Shown here: in pieces, positions 28,584 through 32,000 of the stretch
Layout: each line of letters begins with the position of its first letter
Numbering within the stretch: position 1 is the first letter of the stretch
NCBI GenBank assembly: GCA_964426185.1
Contig: CAYRPF010000014.1
Coordinates: 7,527-39,526, forward strand
Source: an uncultured archaeon
GTDB taxonomy: Archaea; Asgardarchaeota; Lokiarchaeia; Sigyniarchaeales; Promethearchaeaceae
Direction of reading: 5' to 3'
DNA: 32,000 bases
The notes under the pieces: generated by a model
Database searches by the model: none
Seen by the model: the letters and a program-made list of their open reading frames with translations, nothing else
What the model was told of the DNA's origin: nothing
Program-made: the position numbers and the translations under genes

Positions 28584-30456
28584 AATTTTTTGGAATGAAA
28601 GGTATTTCTTTCAATATATTTAGTAAAATTCTGGGAAATAGACGTTTTCCCTTGCTAAAAGTAACGAAAAGATAGTCGGCTGTTAAATCCGACCTTAAAT
28701 TTTTGACTAATGAAGGAACCTCATCTTTAAATACCGAAGGAAAGCAAATATTATAAATACTTTGAGATGTCATTGTATCTGGTTCGATTTCAGCAGCACA
28801 TATTTTCTTTTCATGCAGTAACTGGCGAACAACAATCCGAAGTTGATGGTATCTTTCCAAAGGTTTGTATTGGATTCCCTTATATTCCAAGTCGATATAA
28901 CTGTCTGTTTGGAGTTTTTTCTTTTCATGCGGGAAATTTTGAACGAATTTTTGAACACTATTAGCCGAATTTTTTTTACGGTTTTGATTTGTAAAATCTA
29001 ATCTTTCATGAATTATTTTTGTAGGAATAATTGATTGCGAAATGGGTCGATGGCAGTGTTTACACTTTAGTATCTTTCTCGAAAAAGGCATCCATAAACC
29101 ACAATTTGTGCATTGAATAATCACCCCTTTCTTAGATAATTCAACCCCTCGAAATACGAAAATAGGCTGTTGAGGATGGAGTTCATTCCATTCATTGATG
29201 CTGTAAAATTTTCTCTCAACAAATTCAACGATTTCGGAATATTTTGACTCGTTTTTGATATGAAGAAGATCTAAAAGACGATCATTATGCTCGATTTCTT
29301 GCTCGATTTCTTGGGGTTTTATTTTATTTCCCTCGAAAATTACTTGAGTTTCACCTTGGATATTAGTTTTTTCGATTTTGAGCATTGGATCAGATTGTTG
29401 ATGGGATTTGCGAATAAAAAGTTCGATGTTTTCAACGTTTGCAGTCTGAAAAGTTTCTTGAACTTCTCGTATAAAAATGTAATTGGATGAATTAATTAAA
29501 ATTCGGCGAATATTACGACGTGAAGAAAGTGATAGTAGAATTTCTGGAATAATTAAACCTAAGACTCCATTTGGAGGTAATAATTGAATACTTCTTTCAA
29601 TAAAAACATCTGAAATATCAAATTGGCCTTGTGCGCTTGAATAACATGAGTTTTTCAACTCCATCCGATATTTGGGTGTTAAATTACGCGAAAAAATATA
29701 AGGAGGATTGCCCACAATTATAGTAGGTTTGAAACCATCAATGGGTGATTTTTCATCTAAAAAATCATGTGCGAAAAATTGAATTGGAGGTAATATTTCG
29801 ATAATTTCATGTGATAAATGCCATCCTTCATGTCGGATTAATAGCAGTAAAATCATCGAAGCAAACCGCTTAGCCATATGAATGCTCAAAGAATCGATAT
29901 CAATTGCTCCTAATCGCGCTTTTAGACTGTGCCAATATTCTATATCATGCAAATTTGCGCTAATTTTTTCTGTTTTTCCCGAATTTTTAATAGATTCTTG
30001 GATTAACTCTTGAATCATTATCCAAGAAATAAAAAACCCAGGACCACAACCTACATCCAACCATTTTAATGTCTCTGGGATTTTTTGAGTACTTTTAATT
30101 GACTTACATTCAGCAATAATTTCTTTAATTATAGGAAAAGGAGTGGTAACCTGACCTAATGATGCTTTTTTTGATGAGGGACGACTTTTAATGATATCCG
30201 CGAAATAATCCATTAGTTCCTTATACTGTTTTTCAATCGTAGTTTGCGCAATCAATTGGTGGATAAATTCAATATCTCTTGATTTGTTTAAATTACAGTT
30301 GTTGGAATTGAATGAGGTGCTTTTATTTAGTGAATTCAATAACATTAAGGCGGATTTTACCTCAGAAGAAATATTTTCAGCCGTGCTGATATACACTTCT
30401 TGAAATCTACACCACAAAAGTTGAACCCGCTCAAAAAGTCTCTCTTCCAATTTCAC
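28570..30456 (-). CDS. N6-adenine DNA methyltransferase, gamma class (TaqI/Eco57I-like), with Cys4 insertion
   Basis: Motif X LGQVTTP, motif I LDVGCGPGFF, IDID, motif IV IVGNPPY, FIERSIQLL..NGVLGLIIP, TaqI_C-like RIVVRQ. Confidence 0.88.
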   Translation of the reverse strand: MKLEERLFERVQLLWCRFQEVYISTAENISSEVKSALMLLNSLNKSTSFNSNNCNLNKSRDIEFIHQLIAQTTIEKQYKELMDYFADIIKSRPSSKKASLGQVTTPFPIIKEIIAECKSIKSTQKIPETLKWLDVGCGPGFFISWIMIQELIQESIKNSGKTEKISANLHDIEYWHSLKARLGAIDIDSLSIHMAKRFASMILLLLIRHEGWHLSHEIIEILPPIQFFAHDFLDEKSPIDGFKPTIIVGNPPYIFSRNLTPKYRMELKNSCYSSAQGQFDISDVFIERSIQLLPPNGVLGLIIPEILLSLSSRRNIRRILINSSNYIFIREVQETFQTANVENIELFIRKSHQQSDPMLKIEKTNIQGETQVIFEGNKIKPQEIEQEIEHNDRLLDLLHIKNESKYSEIVEFVERKFYSINEWNELHPQQPIFVFRGVELSKKGVIIQCTNCGLWMPFSRKILKCKHCHRPISQSIIPTKIIHERLDFTNQNRKKNSANSVQKFVQNFPHEKKKLQTDSYIDLEYKGIQYKPLERYHQLRIVVRQLLHEKKICAAEIEPDTMTSQSIYNICFPSVFKDEVPSLVKNLRSDLTADYLFVTFSKGKRLFPRILLNILKEIPFIPKNFKHI

Positions 30457-30497
30457 AATATGAGAATGAAAGCCGGCTGTTTAAAAATCTTTTTCTT

Positions 30498-31226
30498 CTA
30501 ATTATTGCTTTTTAAGTTTCCTTGGATTTCCTTAATACCTAAAAGATGATAAAAATGAGCAATTTTACTTAAAGAATCGAAAAATTGAACTTGGTTAGAA
30601 TCGATTTCTGCAGGTAGCGTGAAATTTTCTTGTTTTCTATTAACAATTACTGTATGTACACCGGCTCGGACACCTGCTATGGCATCTACCACTGAATCCC
30701 CGCCGAATATGGTTTGAGAAGGCTCAAAACCCATTTTATCTAACACCTTCAAAATTCCCTCGGGATTGGGTTTACACTGCTCTTGATTATCACCCAAACC
30801 TACAATTAAATCAAAATATTTTTGAAGATTTAATTTTCGAAGTTCGGGTTCTACGATAAAGGTAGGTGTATTGGAAACAACAGCCATAGGAATCCCTTGT
30901 TTACGCATTTTTTGAAGGAATGGAATTACGTCGGGGTAAATTTTCATTCGTTTTTCTTCAATCATTTTTTTACGACCCAGCGAATCTCGTTTGTCAAAAA
31001 GCTCCCAAAATTGATTGGGTTGGGCGAGACCCCAAGATTTTAGTATATCTATAAAATTATCACCAGTTCGCCACAACCTATCTCTCTCCTCCACTGGGGG
31101 AAGAGGAAGATTAAAATCGTCTTTTATCACTCTTTTAATTAATCCATCGAAATACTCATGAGTATTTGGAATATCCACTAATGTATTATCCATATCCAGT
31201 AAAATACAATGAATTGTAGGGTGCAT
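30498..31226 (-). CDS. HAD-superfamily hydrolase (phosphoglycolate phosphatase-like)
   Basis: Motif I LLDMDNTL, motif II VVSN, motif III KPNP, motif IV GDSVVD. Confidence 0.92.
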   Translation of the reverse strand: MHPTIHCILLDMDNTLVDIPNTHEYFDGLIKRVIKDDFNLPLPPVEERDRLWRTGDNFIDILKSWGLAQPNQFWELFDKRDSLGRKKMIEEKRMKIYPDVIPFLQKMRKQGIPMAVVSNTPTFIVEPELRKLNLQKYFDLIVGLGDNQEQCKPNPEGILKVLDKMGFEPSQTIFGGDSVVDAIAGVRAGVHTVIVNRKQENFTLPAEIDSNQVQFFDSLSKIAHFYHLLGIKEIQGNLKSNN

Positions 31227-31287
31227 CGAAGTATCACTTAATTATTTTACCAATTCTCGTTAAATTCAGTTAATAAAATGATCTCGA

Positions 31288-31704
31288 TTATTTTACTTGA
31301 ACAAATCCGATTTGTCCATAATTCTGCGAGCCAGATTCATCCGTAGCATATACATTTTCAAATATTACTTGACTATCTGGAGTATTTTCAATATCAACTG
31401 TGGGCTTAGGTGAAATTTTGCTAGAAACATCAAGAAACTGCTCAAACACTAAATGAAAGATGGAATTACAAGCATCGCATTGAATTTTATAGTCAAGTTT
31501 TTGCACAGAACTGCCCTCGTTACTTGATTCAATGCTCTTTTTGGGAGGCGCGAGAATATGCAAGTGTTCAAGATTATTTTCAAGGCAACCGGGAGTAAAG
31601 CATTGATATAGAGATATTTGCTCTCTCCCCCGACGACCTAATGCGATAAAAGCGTGACTGGGAATGTTTTCCCATAAGTTATCATAGGGATGTTTTTCTA
31701 CCAT
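31288..31704 (-). CDS. Hypothetical protein, probable Zn-binding (CxxxxC...CxxC)
   Basis: CFTPGC and CDAC. 1-nt overlap with the upstream stop (TAATG). Confidence 0.75.
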   Translation of the reverse strand: MVEKHPYDNLWENIPSHAFIALGRRGREQISLYQCFTPGCLENNLEHLHILAPPKKSIESSNEGSSVQKLDYKIQCDACNSIFHLVFEQFLDVSSKISPKPTVDIENTPDSQVIFENVYATDESGSQNYGQIGFVQVK

Positions 31705-32000
31705 TATTCTAAGGTTAGCAAGCTGAGGGAAGTAAAAAGGTTGGCGATTATAGATGACAATTTTAATGGACCGTAGATCATAAGAATTTGGATAATAACA
31801 AATTGTATATAAAGAATTCCGTCTAATAATCCGATAAATGGTGCAAGAATGGCGTAAAGCAAGCTCAGTATAACGAATAGAGGAATAAAATATAGATTCC
31901 CCATTTCCAAGCGCGAAATTCGGGTAAATTTTACTCGACTCTGCTCTGGGGTTTTAATTTGATTTTGCTTAAAATATGCCGGCAGATCATCGGCGTAAAC
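31704..32000 (-). CDS. Hypothetical membrane protein, C-terminal part (5' end outside window)
   Basis: Frame is open to the window edge (VYADDLPAYFKQNQ...). Hydrophobic C-terminal helices. Confidence 0.7.
   Translation of the reverse strand, partial: VYADDLPAYFKQNQIKTPEQSRVKFTRISRLEMGNLYFIPLFVILSLLYAILAPFIGLLDGILYIQFVIIQILMIYGPLKLSSIIANLFTSLSLLTLE

Noticed and set aside
88-29490. Other small nested ORFs in the track (88, 981, 2020, 2938, 5367, 6140, 9713, 10414, 10601, 10878, 11442, 12562, 18905, 19024, 19310, 19574, 24277, 24640, 25482, 28346, 28767, 28770, 29287)
   Set aside because: All lie largely within longer, better-supported CDSs and show no recognisable motifs.

Overview
AT-rich, gene-dense archaeal window, most likely Asgard (Lokiarchaeia/Promethearchaeota). 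The assignment rests on archaeal-type pheS/pheT, a geranylgeranyl reductase and an ESCRT cluster (Vps22/36-like EAP30, Vps25, Vps4). Gene order: pheS (5'-truncated) and pheT; a convergent bacterial-type RNase PH; a long + strand run (HEAT protein, Dgk1/dolichol-kinase-like protein, two ABC ATPases, two ABC-2 permeases, a 1777-aa subtilase-like protein, a 2-TM protein, a Zn-ribbon coiled-coil protein, a CcdA/DsbD_2-like protein, Vps22/36); vps4-vps25 on the - strand; then DUF998, a probable pseudogene, DUF302, thioredoxin, a ChrB-domain protein, two orphan DNA methyltransferases flanking the reductase, a HAD hydrolase and hypotheticals. The best candidate for an undescribed system is the tightly packed 6182-17227 operon. 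It encodes a putatively heteromeric ABC-2 transporter, one ATPase of which carries a tandem TrmB-C-like N-terminal module. It also encodes a membrane-anchored protein with eukaryotic site-1 protease (MBTPS1/SKI-1)-like architecture whose catalytic His, Ser and oxyanion Asn are all substituted. No rRNA, tRNA, CRISPR array or mobile element was seen. All family assignments come from motif recognition and remembered reference sequences, not database searches.
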